Virus record (IMG/VR): IMGVR_UViG_3300024232_000016
Coordinates: 1-52,259 of that record
Origin: a virus
Taxonomy: Duplodnaviria; Caudoviricetes
Length of the DNA stretch: 52,259 bases
Strand: one strand, 5' to 3'
In this document: positions 43,801-51,950 of the stretch, one piece after another
Numbering within the stretch: position 1 is the first letter of the stretch
How the letters are laid out: every line of letters starts with the position of its first letter
Position numbers and translations under genes: made by a program
The notes under the pieces: model-generated
The model's input: the letters and a program-made list of their open reading frames with translations, nothing else
Database searches by the model: none
Told to the model about the DNA's origin: nothing

Positions 43801-44964
43801 CTTGGGCTCAATCTTGTAGTCAACGTCCTTGCCCCAATTGAGCCAAGCTACAGGACGCAATACTTGCTCGTCAACGCACTGCACAATTTGAATAAGCTCG
43901 TTGGTGCACACGCTTAGCAACACCAAGAACGGAATGCTTCGGCCGCTAAAGCCGCTACCTGTGTCAGCGGCTTGTACCACTTCCCGGGGAATGTCAGCAC
44001 CCTTGAGGATGTTGTCATCACACAGGTCCACCCATTGGAAAATTTCCGTGGCTCCCGCCACTGTCTGGGGAGGAGAGTACCCGGTCAGTTCTTTACCGTT
44101 GTTGTCTAGCAGCCTTGGTAGGGTTAGGGCGGCTCCGCTAAGCCGGTTTTCAGCCGTTTCCCGGAGCAGGTCACGCCAGCTAACTTCATTGCCGTCGGGT
44201 AGGGTCAGCTTCAGGTGCGGTGGGTACCAGAAGATATCCCCAATGTAGGCGTCCTTGACCATCCTAAGTTGCTGTAGCCGCTTAGCCCCGTGGTCCATCC
44301 ATTTCTCGTACCATGCTGGATATTGCCTACGGGTAAGGGCTACACCGTACTGGCTGCCAAACTCAGGGTTGAACTTAAGCCACAGGGCTTGAGGGTGGTA
44401 CAGGGGCTTACCCTTTACCCGCATTCCACACAACTGGTTGCCAGAGCGGACTTCCAGTGCTCGGGAGTCTTCGGGGGCAAAGTCCTTCAGCCCGTTGATG
44501 GTTAGCAAGCCCTTCTCATCCACTTTATAGATGGTCTGTAGCGGGGCAAAGCCCCACTTCTTGGCACTTACCAGCTTGGGTCTGTGGTGCTTCCACAGGT
44601 AGTCCCACTGGTCTTGCACCCACTGCCGGACCTGTTCGTTGGGGCTGGTGACTGTCACCTCGGCAGCCATCAGAGCAGCGTTGCGAATGTTCATGCTAAA
44701 GTCCACAATCGGGTCGGACGTTAGCATCATTCGGGCTGTCCACAGCCGCCATAAAGGTAGGTTGCTTACGAACAGCTCGCCAAAGTAGGCATAGCGGCTG
44801 CTTTGATACTCAGCCGTGGGATCCTTCTTGAGCAAGCCCTGTTTGATTTCAGACCGAGTACGACGCTTGGGCAAGCGGGGCGTACCGGCACTGATAACCG
44901 GGTTAGCCGGGTTAACAGCTACGTTGATGGACTGATTGGCAAAGCCGTTAGGTTTCTTAGCCAT
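40843..44964 (-). CDS. Portal-like protein fused to DUF5661-like, 2H-phosphoesterase (Acb1/T4 57B-like) and intein-containing MuF head-morphogenesis domains
   Basis: The N-terminal ~400 aa look portal-like (DPIVDFSMNIR, WGFAPLQ.IY, YGVALTR...WYEKW, EQVLRPVAWLNWG). Then IPGGKGD...GIKVELEHT...AIDHLTEDPNYYSKL (DUF5661-like), PHVTALY / PHITIAY (2H), and MuF motifs ENVFRTN...D.RVRPEH...PPWSYN|CRC. Confidence 0.8.
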   Translation of the reverse strand: MAKKPNGFANQSINVAVNPANPVISAGTPRLPKRRTRSEIKQGLLKKDPTAEYQSSRYAYFGELFVSNLPLWRLWTARMMLTSDPIVDFSMNIRNAALMAAEVTVTSPNEQVRQWVQDQWDYLWKHHRPKLVSAKKWGFAPLQTIYKVDEKGLLTINGLKDFAPEDSRALEVRSGNQLCGMRVKGKPLYHPQALWLKFNPEFGSQYGVALTRRQYPAWYEKWMDHGAKRLQQLRMVKDAYIGDIFWYPPHLKLTLPDGNEVSWRDLLRETAENRLSGAALTLPRLLDNNGKELTGYSPPQTVAGATEIFQWVDLCDDNILKGADIPREVVQAADTGSGFSGRSIPFLVLLSVCTNELIQIVQCVDEQVLRPVAWLNWGKDVDYKIEPKSLVESFAGDISGSSLAGSSIGGPVGEQGPPQQAPPQQVPPSQHSERGTDLIPGGKGDKEHDLSKFNPVQLAAGIKVELEHTSDHRVALEIAIDHLTEDPNYYSKLAKVEPDAKEAVKEASQHKEGKEQKKAHDYSSTQFNLPGDLAFEVRMVGDLIDPNDLAEKGKELNPHVTALYGLHTDKVEDLEDIVHNYAPIAIQLGPVTMFTKEGEYDVLKIDVLSKGLHELHEQLTKFPHTSTFPDYKPHITIAYVKPGRGEYYAKRLNMLEGRVAVFDRLVFSNKLRNHTPIRLSGQAQVDEAAPTKGGEAYAIPFMGSVQQNEQFIELPDLLSKLRGLIGKGLLAAQQRVKGLAESVRRLPNLAEATLDSLSQLIAGQIAQLQPLLGLDLTTDTLASHATGHADVAGRLPSSLLPLLPKAPSEAADAFTGVLAGLTSPPNLPVPAVAQPSAAVHLPALQVAVEVLDRSPVQVGTHYLETAQHVRNGSFAITGDLTEKAVADVRTQLSKALAEGLPQKEFIAVVTKRLEEEGSPLSPAHLENVFRTNTLAAYSNAQDAALKDPMVSDAFPYAGYGATADKRVRPEHWDLESYGLNGTNIYRADDPTFKLFRPPWSYNCILPETVVEGVFWAGFKSRYKGQAVKITTESGNDLSLTVNHPVATQRGWVAAGELTDTDYVIEYCFEVKPELSGHSKLASNRTSGSDYTAFFSPSFDKQNTPALCDQVFRSLQMLSGCARLLVPVDNFHGDAERFDGYVQIVAADRKLLNHLVQEDWSENGYDLSFPSMDFGLPFERSSGSEQLAGCGTLTAPNSSPSCFALPSGFDSTLAGSQSCPFSGLRFGPRSWANAVLNQTSMNITTANPEGCSQSLYRRAVKVKTNNLFDFSRIKKLTRFHYNGPVYDFTDTSGWIIANGIGISNCRCHWYPVTVEQAAKKGVVEAISWLQRAKDIVKIKGGTFYQYLNETAPVQAEYVEPPPFKPDPAFKRDLV
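41057..41085 (+). promoter_or_regulatory. Sigma70-like promoter for the antisense endonuclease gene, embedded in intein block G codons
   Basis: TTGCTA (41057-41062)-N17-TATAAT (41080-41085), 42 nt upstream of ATG 41128. Confidence 0.65.
41128..41952 (+). CDS. HTH + DUF559/Vsr-like endonuclease encoded antisense inside the intein
   Basis: HTH IIGLYLDGTSVKALATAFGVSRGNVHARLVENGI; basic linker; nuclease-like WETEI...QQFPVGSYNLDIAI...VAVEI.NGH...KRTEYLVTQGWRVLFI. The ORF (274 aa) lies wholly within the intein boundaries. Confidence 0.75.
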   Translation: MKSRKFLNSAEVKQIIGLYLDGTSVKALATAFGVSRGNVHARLVENGISPRTRSESESAKWAGLTASQRRVKAAGQCKAAWAAVRGSKRSTASKLLGARTTFERQSKIHAWETEIVAILRPVFLDQVVQQFPVGSYNLDIAIKSFSVAVEIVNGHQKSGTAAKHLKRTEYLVTQGWRVLFIETWRKESSVVRTTCPITGQFAMPTQLGFNFKAILNHVVRISKLASSNPSTLGGYGVIDRQGKVITGLGRYLNRLPFISGFESSPKDALYNSLG

Positions 44965-45010
44965 AGCGTTTATACGTTGCGTCTAGCCCTAGCACTCTGC
45001 GAGTGAATCC

Positions 45011-45343
45011 TTAGCACTCAACTAGTTCACCGTTGGTCAAGTAGCCGTGCCACTTGTTGATTCCAGTGCAGTTGATGCTTGGGGTCAAGGTTAGGTCAGG
45101 CTGTAGCTTGCCATCCAAAATGCCTTTGACTACGTCCCAACAAGGAACATCCGGGGGATGGGGTTCACTGGGTACTTTGATATGGATGCCGGATACATCG
45201 CCGCTATGGATGCCGGATACATCGCCGCTGGGTAGCCTTATCATTAGCCTACCAGTCTTGCCGTTCCACAGCCACAGGTACACAGCCCCGAGCATGTCGG
45301 TGCTGTGGAACTCTTCGGCGTCTGGACAAATGGTTATCTTCAT
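45011..45343 (-). CDS. DUF6527-like small protein
   Basis: C-terminal LTLTPSINC...WHGYLTNG; internal 8-aa duplication. Confidence 0.6.
   Translation of the reverse strand: MKITICPDAEEFHSTDMLGAVYLWLWNGKTGRLMIRLPSGDVSGIHSGDVSGIHIKVPSEPHPPDVPCWDVVKGILDGKLQPDLTLTPSINCTGINKWHGYLTNGELVEC
45181..45229. repeat. 24-bp in-frame tandem duplication
   Basis: TATGGATGCCGGATACATCGCCGC x2, encoding SGDVSGIH twice. Confidence 0.9.
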
Positions 45344-45630
45344 TAGACCGTGGTTGGTAGGCTACCAGCATTGAGTTGACCCAGTTTGATTTGCATCTTG
45401 GCTTCAGTCAGGGCTTTCTCAGCTGCTTCTGCACTGCCTGTGGTTAGCAGCACAATGTTGGCAATACCCTCGGGCGTGGTTGTGTTCAGCTTGGACTGGT
45501 GCAGCAACATGGTCGCTAGTACCTTGGGGATGTTGGTTATCCAAGCTTCTTTTTCTTCTAAAGGCCAATCTTGGTAGTTACTGGGGACTCCTGCATAGAA
45601 GTGGGCAATGCAGCAGTCCCCGAAACTTTT
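45343..45630 (-). CDS. Predicted -1 frameshift extension of the tail assembly chaperone (GT-like)
   Basis: The frame is open from 45651 to 45343 with no early start codon: KSFGDCCIAHFYAGVPSNYQDWPLEEKEAWITNIPKVLA...LPTTV. It ends in a TAATG overlap with the next gene. Confidence 0.6.
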   Translation of the reverse strand, partial: KSFGDCCIAHFYAGVPSNYQDWPLEEKEAWITNIPKVLATMLLHQSKLNTTTPEGIANIVLLTTGSAEAAEKALTEAKMQIKLGQLNAGSLPTTV

Positions 45631-45929
45631 ATTGAGCGTTCCTTGTTGAGGTCAGCCACCCGCTTGCAAATCAGGTCGTTGAACTCCAGGGCAGTTGACT
45701 CAGCAATCTGCTCAATAGGTACGCCCAGTTTCTTACTTAGCCACTCCTTGACCAAGGCCCAACGGCTGGATTCGTCGGGCTTCTTAAAAGCAGTTTCAAT
45801 CAGCCGTCTGGCCTCATAGATGTCTATGCGGGCACGGGCTGAGCCATCGGCACTTTCTAGCACCATAAAGGCACTAGGAGCCAGCCTGAATACTTCGGTC
45901 TGTTCAATGTCTAAGTTAGCGGTGTCCAT
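45558..45929 (-). CDS. Putative tail assembly chaperone (G-like)
   Basis: 123 aa; low-complexity tail after ATA AAA G; overlapping -1 frame ORF. Confidence 0.55.
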   Translation of the reverse strand: MDTANLDIEQTEVFRLAPSAFMVLESADGSARARIDIYEARRLIETAFKKPDESSRWALVKEWLSKKLGVPIEQIAESTALEFNDLICKRVADLNKERSIKVSGTAALPTSMQESPVTTKIGL

Positions 45930-47767
45930 TAGTAGTTACCTGTGGCCAGTACTCCTGTAGTTGGGGTGGGGGCAGCTCCGCAGCTTGCCCGGTTTTCTGG
46001 TGTCTGCACAGCACTGATAGTGCCCGGTACCCTGTAGATGCGATAGCCACTAATGGCCCACACTGGGCAGCCAAAGCTATCAAAGGCCCAATACGGGGCG
46101 TTCGGGCTTTGGTCAATTTCCACGGGCGTAATACCACCGATAGATTTGATCGATGGTATGTAAGGCTTGTTGACAAACCTTAAGCCCCTGAACTTCACAG
46201 CCACATAGGTACTAGGGTAGCCTTGCTGTTCGACCACATCGTAATCGCTGCTGCCTTGGCTGACCAGCGAACCACCTAGTGGAATACTCGTGTTGTCTAT
46301 GGGGTCAGTAATGGGAAAGCCACTGGCAAGGCTGGGTACAAAGCTGGCAGCCTTCTTGTGGAAGTAAGGGTCGTCCTTACGTAGCACCTTGATTTCCATA
46401 TCAAACGTAATCCAGCCCCCGTCTGTAGGCACAGCCGGGCAAGTGAAGCTAGGTAGGCTGTTGGTGCTAACACTGAAGCTATTAGGGCTGGTAGCACCGA
46501 TGGTCTTAGTAACTACACCGTCACAGATGTCTATGATAACTGCTTCAGAGGCAGAGCTTTGGATACCGCTGGTGCCTCGGTTGCCCCACAGAGCCGCCAT
46601 ACTAGCCACCCAAGTGCTGTAAGTCTGGTTGGCTCCAAAGGTAGTGCCAATCATGCTACTGACCGGCTCCCAGATGCCTGCCGCTGAAAGCATGGCGTTT
46701 AGGCAGCCACCCGCTACCATCCAAACGATAGAGCACTCGGTTTGCCTAGCATCATCGAACTTACCGTTGGTAATGCTGAGCTTGATGGGCATGACCATCT
46801 TGCCCGTGGGTAAGCCAGCTTGAATAGAGGCTTGCTTGGCAATAGCAGCCGCTAGAAACAGCTTGCCAGCCATGTCCCTATGAACGTTGGGGGCTGTTTT
46901 GATGGCCATTTGCAAGGCACAAATAGACTGAGCAAAGCCACCCTTGCCATCACCAGCACTGAAGCTGAAGCTACCCTTAGCTTGGGTTACTCCATCTGGT
47001 AACGGGTCGCCTTCTAGCTGTTGGTCAGTAATGCTGAACCGTAGTATCCGTTTGTCTTCGGCTTCATTCCAGCTATTCTGTACCCGCTTGAAACCGACAG
47101 GCAGTAGAACAACAAGGTTGCCACGGGTCTGCTCGGCAATAGCCAAGACTAGCTTGTTGTTGCCAGCATAGTTTCTGTGGCCAGCAATCTGCACCATACC
47201 CGAAATGGTACGGGTGGTTAGTCCTTCAAAGTCGTTGTTCCAGGTTGTACTGAAGTTAAAGGCTTGGAAAGTAAGAACATCTTGAGTACCGTCATTCAAG
47301 CAGGGCATGTATTGGAAGTTGATTGACCATGCCAGCTCCCAAGACAGTTGACCACCGATTGGGGTCATCTGTAGTGGTCCGGGCTTGGGGCCATTACCAA
47401 TGTCCAGGCTAACAATGTCAAAGTAGTTCTTAGCTGGATCAACATTAGGTTCGTTAACTAGGTCGTGGCTGTAAAAGCCGTAGCCTAAGCCAGCAATCCT
47501 GAGCTGCTTGGCTGGAGCGGATAAGGCTTGTTGAAGTTGGGCCATAGCCACTGTCATATTGAATTCGCTGGTCTCAAAGAAAATACAGCGAACCTGCACA
47601 GTCACGTCTATGTACAGCAAAGACCTGCCCGTTGGGTCATAGACTGGCGTACCAACAAACTGGTAACTAGGAGGCAGGGACTTGTAGCCAGCGTCCGCTC
47701 CACCAAACTGCACCCCGTTATAGGTCAGCGTGGCCCCGCTCAAGTTGGTGTTGACAATGGTTGCCAT
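45929..47767 (-). CDS. Putative tail protein
   Basis: 612 aa, beta-rich (TLTYNGVQFG, NGPKPGPL, TTRTISG); TAATG-coupled on both sides. Confidence 0.55.
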   Translation of the reverse strand: MATIVNTNLSGATLTYNGVQFGGADAGYKSLPPSYQFVGTPVYDPTGRSLLYIDVTVQVRCIFFETSEFNMTVAMAQLQQALSAPAKQLRIAGLGYGFYSHDLVNEPNVDPAKNYFDIVSLDIGNGPKPGPLQMTPIGGQLSWELAWSINFQYMPCLNDGTQDVLTFQAFNFSTTWNNDFEGLTTRTISGMVQIAGHRNYAGNNKLVLAIAEQTRGNLVVLLPVGFKRVQNSWNEAEDKRILRFSITDQQLEGDPLPDGVTQAKGSFSFSAGDGKGGFAQSICALQMAIKTAPNVHRDMAGKLFLAAAIAKQASIQAGLPTGKMVMPIKLSITNGKFDDARQTECSIVWMVAGGCLNAMLSAAGIWEPVSSMIGTTFGANQTYSTWVASMAALWGNRGTSGIQSSASEAVIIDICDGVVTKTIGATSPNSFSVSTNSLPSFTCPAVPTDGGWITFDMEIKVLRKDDPYFHKKAASFVPSLASGFPITDPIDNTSIPLGGSLVSQGSSDYDVVEQQGYPSTYVAVKFRGLRFVNKPYIPSIKSIGGITPVEIDQSPNAPYWAFDSFGCPVWAISGYRIYRVPGTISAVQTPENRASCGAAPTPTTGVLATGNY

Positions 47768-49209
47768 TACAAGTCTAAGCCAGCTACAGGAGGCACACGG
47801 GGGCGTTCAAAGTTGACGGGCTGCATATTCGTTTCTACAAACGGGTGGGGCAGCTTGGGCATGGGTAGATTGTCGTTCCAGTACCGCAGCGGGTTACGGT
47901 CCTTGATATCATTCATGTCATTGGGATAGACCAGCTTGTTGGCATTACCCATCGTTTTTAGCAGCAAGCCAAAGGCATTTCCGTATTGAGCTACTTGAGC
48001 TCCAGTCTGAACCCACCACTTGGCCCTAGGACTATCGTTCAGCCAGTCCGCTATACCCTTGGCAGTGTTGCCTAGCAGCTTGGTGACTTCAGCAAAGTCC
48101 TTGAGTACTGGCTCAAACACAATATCCCGAATACCTTGGACACCTGTGCTCAACCGGCTGCGACCAGTTACGTACTCAGCTATTTCATCCCCTAGTATGT
48201 GGCTGGTGCGTAGGTTGGCCATAAGCTGGCGAACATTGGCTTGGGCTTCAGCCGTAGCTACTTCCGGGCTTAGCCCTTGGGTTTGGGCACGGGCTGCTTC
48301 GGCTACAGCTTCTAGGGTCCTTAGGCCAGCGTAGGGCACAGCCAGTGCGGCAGCCCCTACCCCTACGAACGGAGCAGCAGCCATAAGAGCCGGCACAGCA
48401 GCCCCTAGTGAGCTGGCTACACCCGGTAGCTGAACGGCTGTATTGGCTAAGCCGGCAGCAGCACTACCCATAGGCCCAAAGGCATGAACGAAGTGGCTAA
48501 TGGCGTTAACTGTACCGGCTACTCCTGTGGCTGTGTCCACCACTTCGGCTTCAATGGCTGTGGCACCCGGTAAGCCGGGAATCTGTGGGGGTGGGGTAAC
48601 TGGAGCCGGGGGTGGTCGCCTGGACTGCTCAATACGGGCTTGCTCTTCAGCCTGTACCCGCTGCTCGTCTTGGTATTCAGCTTGCCTACGCCGCTCCCGC
48701 CTTAGCAGCAGCTCCACGTCATCTTCTGTGGGCTTGGCTGCACTAGGGCTAGGGGGTGCTGCCGCAGCTTGGCTAGGCACAGGCTGGGCAGGGGGTGCTA
48801 TTTGGGCTTGGGCTGTGCCTAGGGCTTGGTCTAGCAGATTTTGGGCTTGGCCTTGCTTAATACCTAATGCCTTGGCCAGCTCTTCTGCCGTCGTTTTAGG
48901 GTCGGCTTGTACAATCTGGCTGACCGTATGCAGCAGCGGGTCGGTGCTGGCTGTGCCGACGTTTACAGGGGGTATAGCGGCAGCCGTAGCCTGTGGCACT
49001 TGGTAGGTCGTGCTGGCTGGTGGCGGCTGTTGGGGCTGGGCTTGGGCTACAAAGTTGCCCACACCCCCGGCAGCAGCCATAGCGTTAAGCAAGGCAGCCG
49101 TTTGGGGGTCAATTGTAACGGCAGCCCCAGCCTGAGAGACTACACCCGGTCCCCCTGGAGTTTGGCTGCTTTCATCCCTGAAATTGATGTTAAGGGTAGC
49201 CCCGTCCAC
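47767..49209 (-). CDS. Short tape-measure-like protein
   Basis: Ala/Pro/Gln-rich with an amphipathic helical C-half; directly follows the tail-tube-like gene. Confidence 0.45.
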   Translation of the reverse strand: MDGATLNINFRDESSQTPGGPGVVSQAGAAVTIDPQTAALLNAMAAAGGVGNFVAQAQPQQPPPASTTYQVPQATAAAIPPVNVGTASTDPLLHTVSQIVQADPKTTAEELAKALGIKQGQAQNLLDQALGTAQAQIAPPAQPVPSQAAAAPPSPSAAKPTEDDVELLLRRERRRQAEYQDEQRVQAEEQARIEQSRRPPPAPVTPPPQIPGLPGATAIEAEVVDTATGVAGTVNAISHFVHAFGPMGSAAAGLANTAVQLPGVASSLGAAVPALMAAAPFVGVGAAALAVPYAGLRTLEAVAEAARAQTQGLSPEVATAEAQANVRQLMANLRTSHILGDEIAEYVTGRSRLSTGVQGIRDIVFEPVLKDFAEVTKLLGNTAKGIADWLNDSPRAKWWVQTGAQVAQYGNAFGLLLKTMGNANKLVYPNDMNDIKDRNPLRYWNDNLPMPKLPHPFVETNMQPVNFERPRVPPVAGLDL

Positions 49210-49231
49210 ACGGTAGTCTTTCTGCTATTGA

Positions 49232-49732
49232 TTAGGTGTCTGTGAAGAACTTGGCTTTGTAGGAGCCACCGCTGTTCGGTTGGGGTAGTACACCCAAGGC
49301 GACCACCACGTTGCGTTCTTGGGGGCCAGCCTGAATGTCCAGGTTGTGTCCAGGCAGCGTGGCACAGTAGTGGTAAGTACGGGTCACAGGCCCATAGGTA
49401 GCGGCTGGGGTGTTGGCCAGAGCCGTCATAACCAGAGCTTGGCAGTAGCTGCTGAATAGCCTACCCGGCTCATCTATGACCCCTTGGTTGCTGCCGAAAG
49501 GCCACATGAAGAGCTTGCTGTTGGTAGTCCATTCCTTGACCACGATAACAGCAAAGTAGCCACCACCCCGTAGGATGTAGTCAATGATTGTGTCGCCCCA
49601 CTGGGTAGCCCGAACCGGCAGGCCGAAGGGGCTTTGCTGCATACGAGCAGGCCCTTCCGTCAAGCCGATGTCATTGCCGTTCCAGGTGAAGGTGTACGGA
49701 CCAGCGGGAATAGCCGGGTTGATAACTGTCAT
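49232..49732 (-). CDS. Putative major tail (tube) protein
   Basis: 166 aa; AGPYTFTWNG.DIGLTEG, WGDTIID.I.RGG; follows the terminator-like gene. Confidence 0.55.
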   Translation of the reverse strand: MTVINPAIPAGPYTFTWNGNDIGLTEGPARMQQSPFGLPVRATQWGDTIIDYILRGGGYFAVIVVKEWTTNSKLFMWPFGSNQGVIDEPGRLFSSYCQALVMTALANTPAATYGPVTRTYHYCATLPGHNLDIQAGPQERNVVVALGVLPQPNSGGSYKAKFFTDT

Positions 49733-49752
49733 CTGTGTTACCTACTGGGGTG

Positions 49753-50046
49753 TTAGGCTGACTCGTTGATGCGTAAACCAACAGCAGCAAGGGTAGCGGT
49801 GATGTTAGTGTCCATATCTAGCAGCGTCAAGCCTTCATTGTCCTTGACAAACTGCTGTAGGTTGTTGAAGTCATCCAGCTTGGGGATGCCCAGAATGTAC
49901 CCGTAGTGGCTTACCCCGTCCTTGTCTTCCCACACATCGGGCATGATGTTGAGCGGGTCACCTTTGGTGAAGCCGGCCATACCAGCCTTCTCAAGCAGGT
50001 CTGAGCGGCTGTTGAACTTACGTACGAGTAGCAGTTGGTCAATCAT
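49753..50046 (-). CDS. Hypothetical protein
   Basis: 97 aa; AAGGA SD. Confidence 0.5.
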   Translation of the reverse strand: MIDQLLLVRKFNSRSDLLEKAGMAGFTKGDPLNIMPDVWEDKDGVSHYGYILGIPKLDDFNNLQQFVKDNEGLTLLDMDTNITATLAAVGLRINESA

Positions 50047-50050
50047 TTGG

Positions 50051-50623
50051 TTATCCTTGTGCGTCGTTTATACTGCGAAGTTTCTGTTCTCTATGTAAAC
50101 CCCTGAAGCGTAAACGGTACCCATACCAAATCTGTTCAGCACCACCGTCATCCACACCAAAGGTTTCCATCCGCCCTCGGCCCTTATAAATCAGTGGTCG
50201 GTAGAACCTAGCCCCGTAATCTTCGGACGGCAAATTGTACCGTGTGTTAAGCCCTTCTAAAAAGGCATAGTTTGTGTGGAGTCCGTTAAACCTTGGCAGC
50301 AGCACAGTCCGTTCTAGGTCACTTAGGGTCCAGCTACCCAGCAAGTACTTATCGCTAGGAAGCTTTAATTGGGCCAGCCTATCGCGTTGGGTCAGGTGTT
50401 CCTTACGACGCCAAATACCAATAGTCAGGGTCAGCACTTCCAGTATGGAGTCAGTGGTTTCGTTTCCGGTTTCTACTCCTCCGTCGTCTATGGCTACGTA
50501 AAACTGCCCAGCGTCTTGCAACATGGGCAAGGCATCGTAATTGACGCCGCACTCGTTGTTCTTCCAATCGTTCTGCTCCCTGAACCATTGCTGGCAGTGC
50601 TCTAAGGCTAAGGACATACTCAT
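50051..50623 (-). CDS. Putative tail terminator/completion protein
   Basis: Size and position between the morphogenesis gene and the tube gene; FYVAIDDG...LTLTIGIW. Confidence 0.45.
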   Translation of the reverse strand: MSMSLALEHCQQWFREQNDWKNNECGVNYDALPMLQDAGQFYVAIDDGGVETGNETTDSILEVLTLTIGIWRRKEHLTQRDRLAQLKLPSDKYLLGSWTLSDLERTVLLPRFNGLHTNYAFLEGLNTRYNLPSEDYGARFYRPLIYKGRGRMETFGVDDGGAEQIWYGYRLRFRGLHREQKLRSINDAQG

Positions 50624-50629
50624 GGTGTG

Positions 50630-50815
50630 TTACCGCAGTAAGGGTATATGCGGCAGCCCTAGCAGCGACTGGAGCAGTATCAACAGGAAAATCAAGGCCA
50701 AAATTAAGCACACAATTTGCTTAGCCGGCTGGGGAATTGGTAGCATCCCTAGGATCAAGTACACTACGTAAATGACCAAGGCAAAGCACAGTAACCAAAT
50801 CAGTAAGCTAATCAC
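50630..50815 (-). CDS. Small two-TM membrane protein
   Basis: VISLLIWLLCFALVIYVVYLILGMLPIPQPAKQIVCLILALIFLLILL; GTGA overlap with the upstream gene. Confidence 0.6.
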   Translation of the reverse strand: MISLLIWLLCFALVIYVVYLILGMLPIPQPAKQIVCLILALIFLLILLQSLLGLPHIPLLR

Positions 50816-51645
50816 TGGTTGAGTCCTTTGCCGGAATGGAATAGCTCGCCGATGCGTTGTAAGCCCTGTATGGCTACTCCTAGTATCTGTTGCCACCAGC
50901 TACTAGGAAATTCTTTGGGCCACAGCCTACGCAACGGTCTTGTCTTGGCCTCGTGGTGGTACTCGGCATATTTAACGTTGGTGCCTACCGTGATGCTGTC
51001 AGCCGTATGCTCAAACACTTGGTCAACACCACCTTTGCCGTGGGTCTTCTGGTAGGTACCACCTGGACCGGCTTCAAACACAATGCCGGGCTGAATGCTG
51101 GCTCGCAGTCGACCAGTGTCCACAAGTATCTGGACCTGCCGGTTGCCGTACACTTCCAGCTTGGTTTTGCCGCCAGCCTTTTTAATGATAGACCAAGCAA
51201 TACGGGCAGCCACTTCCTTAGCCTTAGCATCGCTTAGTCGCATGGTGTACCAAGCCAGCCTGTCGGCGTATATACGTCGCCAGTGCTTTAGCTGTTCCTT
51301 GGTGAGTAAGCCCTTCTTATCACCCGGAGCGTACCTGTGGGCTTTGCCTAGCCCGTGGGCTGCCTTTAGCTCCTTGACTTCCCCGGGACCAAACCTGCGA
51401 CCATAGGCCAAATAGGCTTTACTGAGTGGGGGCCACTTCTCTCCGTCTGCCCCGGTAAAGCCCCTGCCTAGCTGGTCAAAGTTGGGTGCCACAAGGCTCA
51501 GTATGGCGTAACCAATGCGGCTACGAAAGCCCATAGCGATGCCATAGACGTCCTGCACCCGACCGGATAGCATACCGGGTAAGTCCCGCACTAGCTTGCG
51601 TAGGGCAGGCTTCTGGTCGCTCGTGGTTGTTACCGTAACGTCCAT
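50812..51645 (-). CDS. Phage virion morphogenesis protein (Mu gpG / P2 gpS-like neck/tail completion)
   Basis: GADGEKWPPLS, ILVDTGRLRASI, VGTNVKYAEYHH...RRLWP. Confidence 0.75.
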   Translation of the reverse strand: MDVTVTTTSDQKPALRKLVRDLPGMLSGRVQDVYGIAMGFRSRIGYAILSLVAPNFDQLGRGFTGADGEKWPPLSKAYLAYGRRFGPGEVKELKAAHGLGKAHRYAPGDKKGLLTKEQLKHWRRIYADRLAWYTMRLSDAKAKEVAARIAWSIIKKAGGKTKLEVYGNRQVQILVDTGRLRASIQPGIVFEAGPGGTYQKTHGKGGVDQVFEHTADSITVGTNVKYAEYHHEAKTRPLRRLWPKEFPSSWWQQILGVAIQGLQRIGELFHSGKGLNQ

Positions 51646-51950
51646 TACTTCAGGGCTTCTTCCAGCTTGGCCTTAAGCCGGGTTTGAAACAGCCATAGGT
51701 AGCCACCCACAAACACATTGACCGGGATGTCTTCGGTTTGTAGGTGTAGGTAGTTAGGGGCTAGAGTGGCACTGCCTAGCACGGTCTTGCCATAGGCGTC
51801 TAGTTCAAAGTTGACCGTGTGGGCAGCTTGTACGTAAGTGAATTCCACTAGCTTGACGTTGGAGTTGCTCAGGGTTGGCAGCAAGGCCAGTAGCTTGTCT
51901 TTGGCTTGCTCCAGCGGCAAGTTGTGCGGCACAGTGATGTCAATTTTCAT
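51645..51950 (-). CDS. Polyhydroxyalkanoic-acid-system family (PHA_gran_rgn)-like protein
   Basis: MKIDITVPHNLPLEQAKDKL...F...G..V.G...KLEEALK. Confidence 0.55.
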   Translation of the reverse strand: MKIDITVPHNLPLEQAKDKLLALLPTLSNSNVKLVEFTYVQAAHTVNFELDAYGKTVLGSATLAPNYLHLQTEDIPVNVFVGGYLWLFQTRLKAKLEEALK

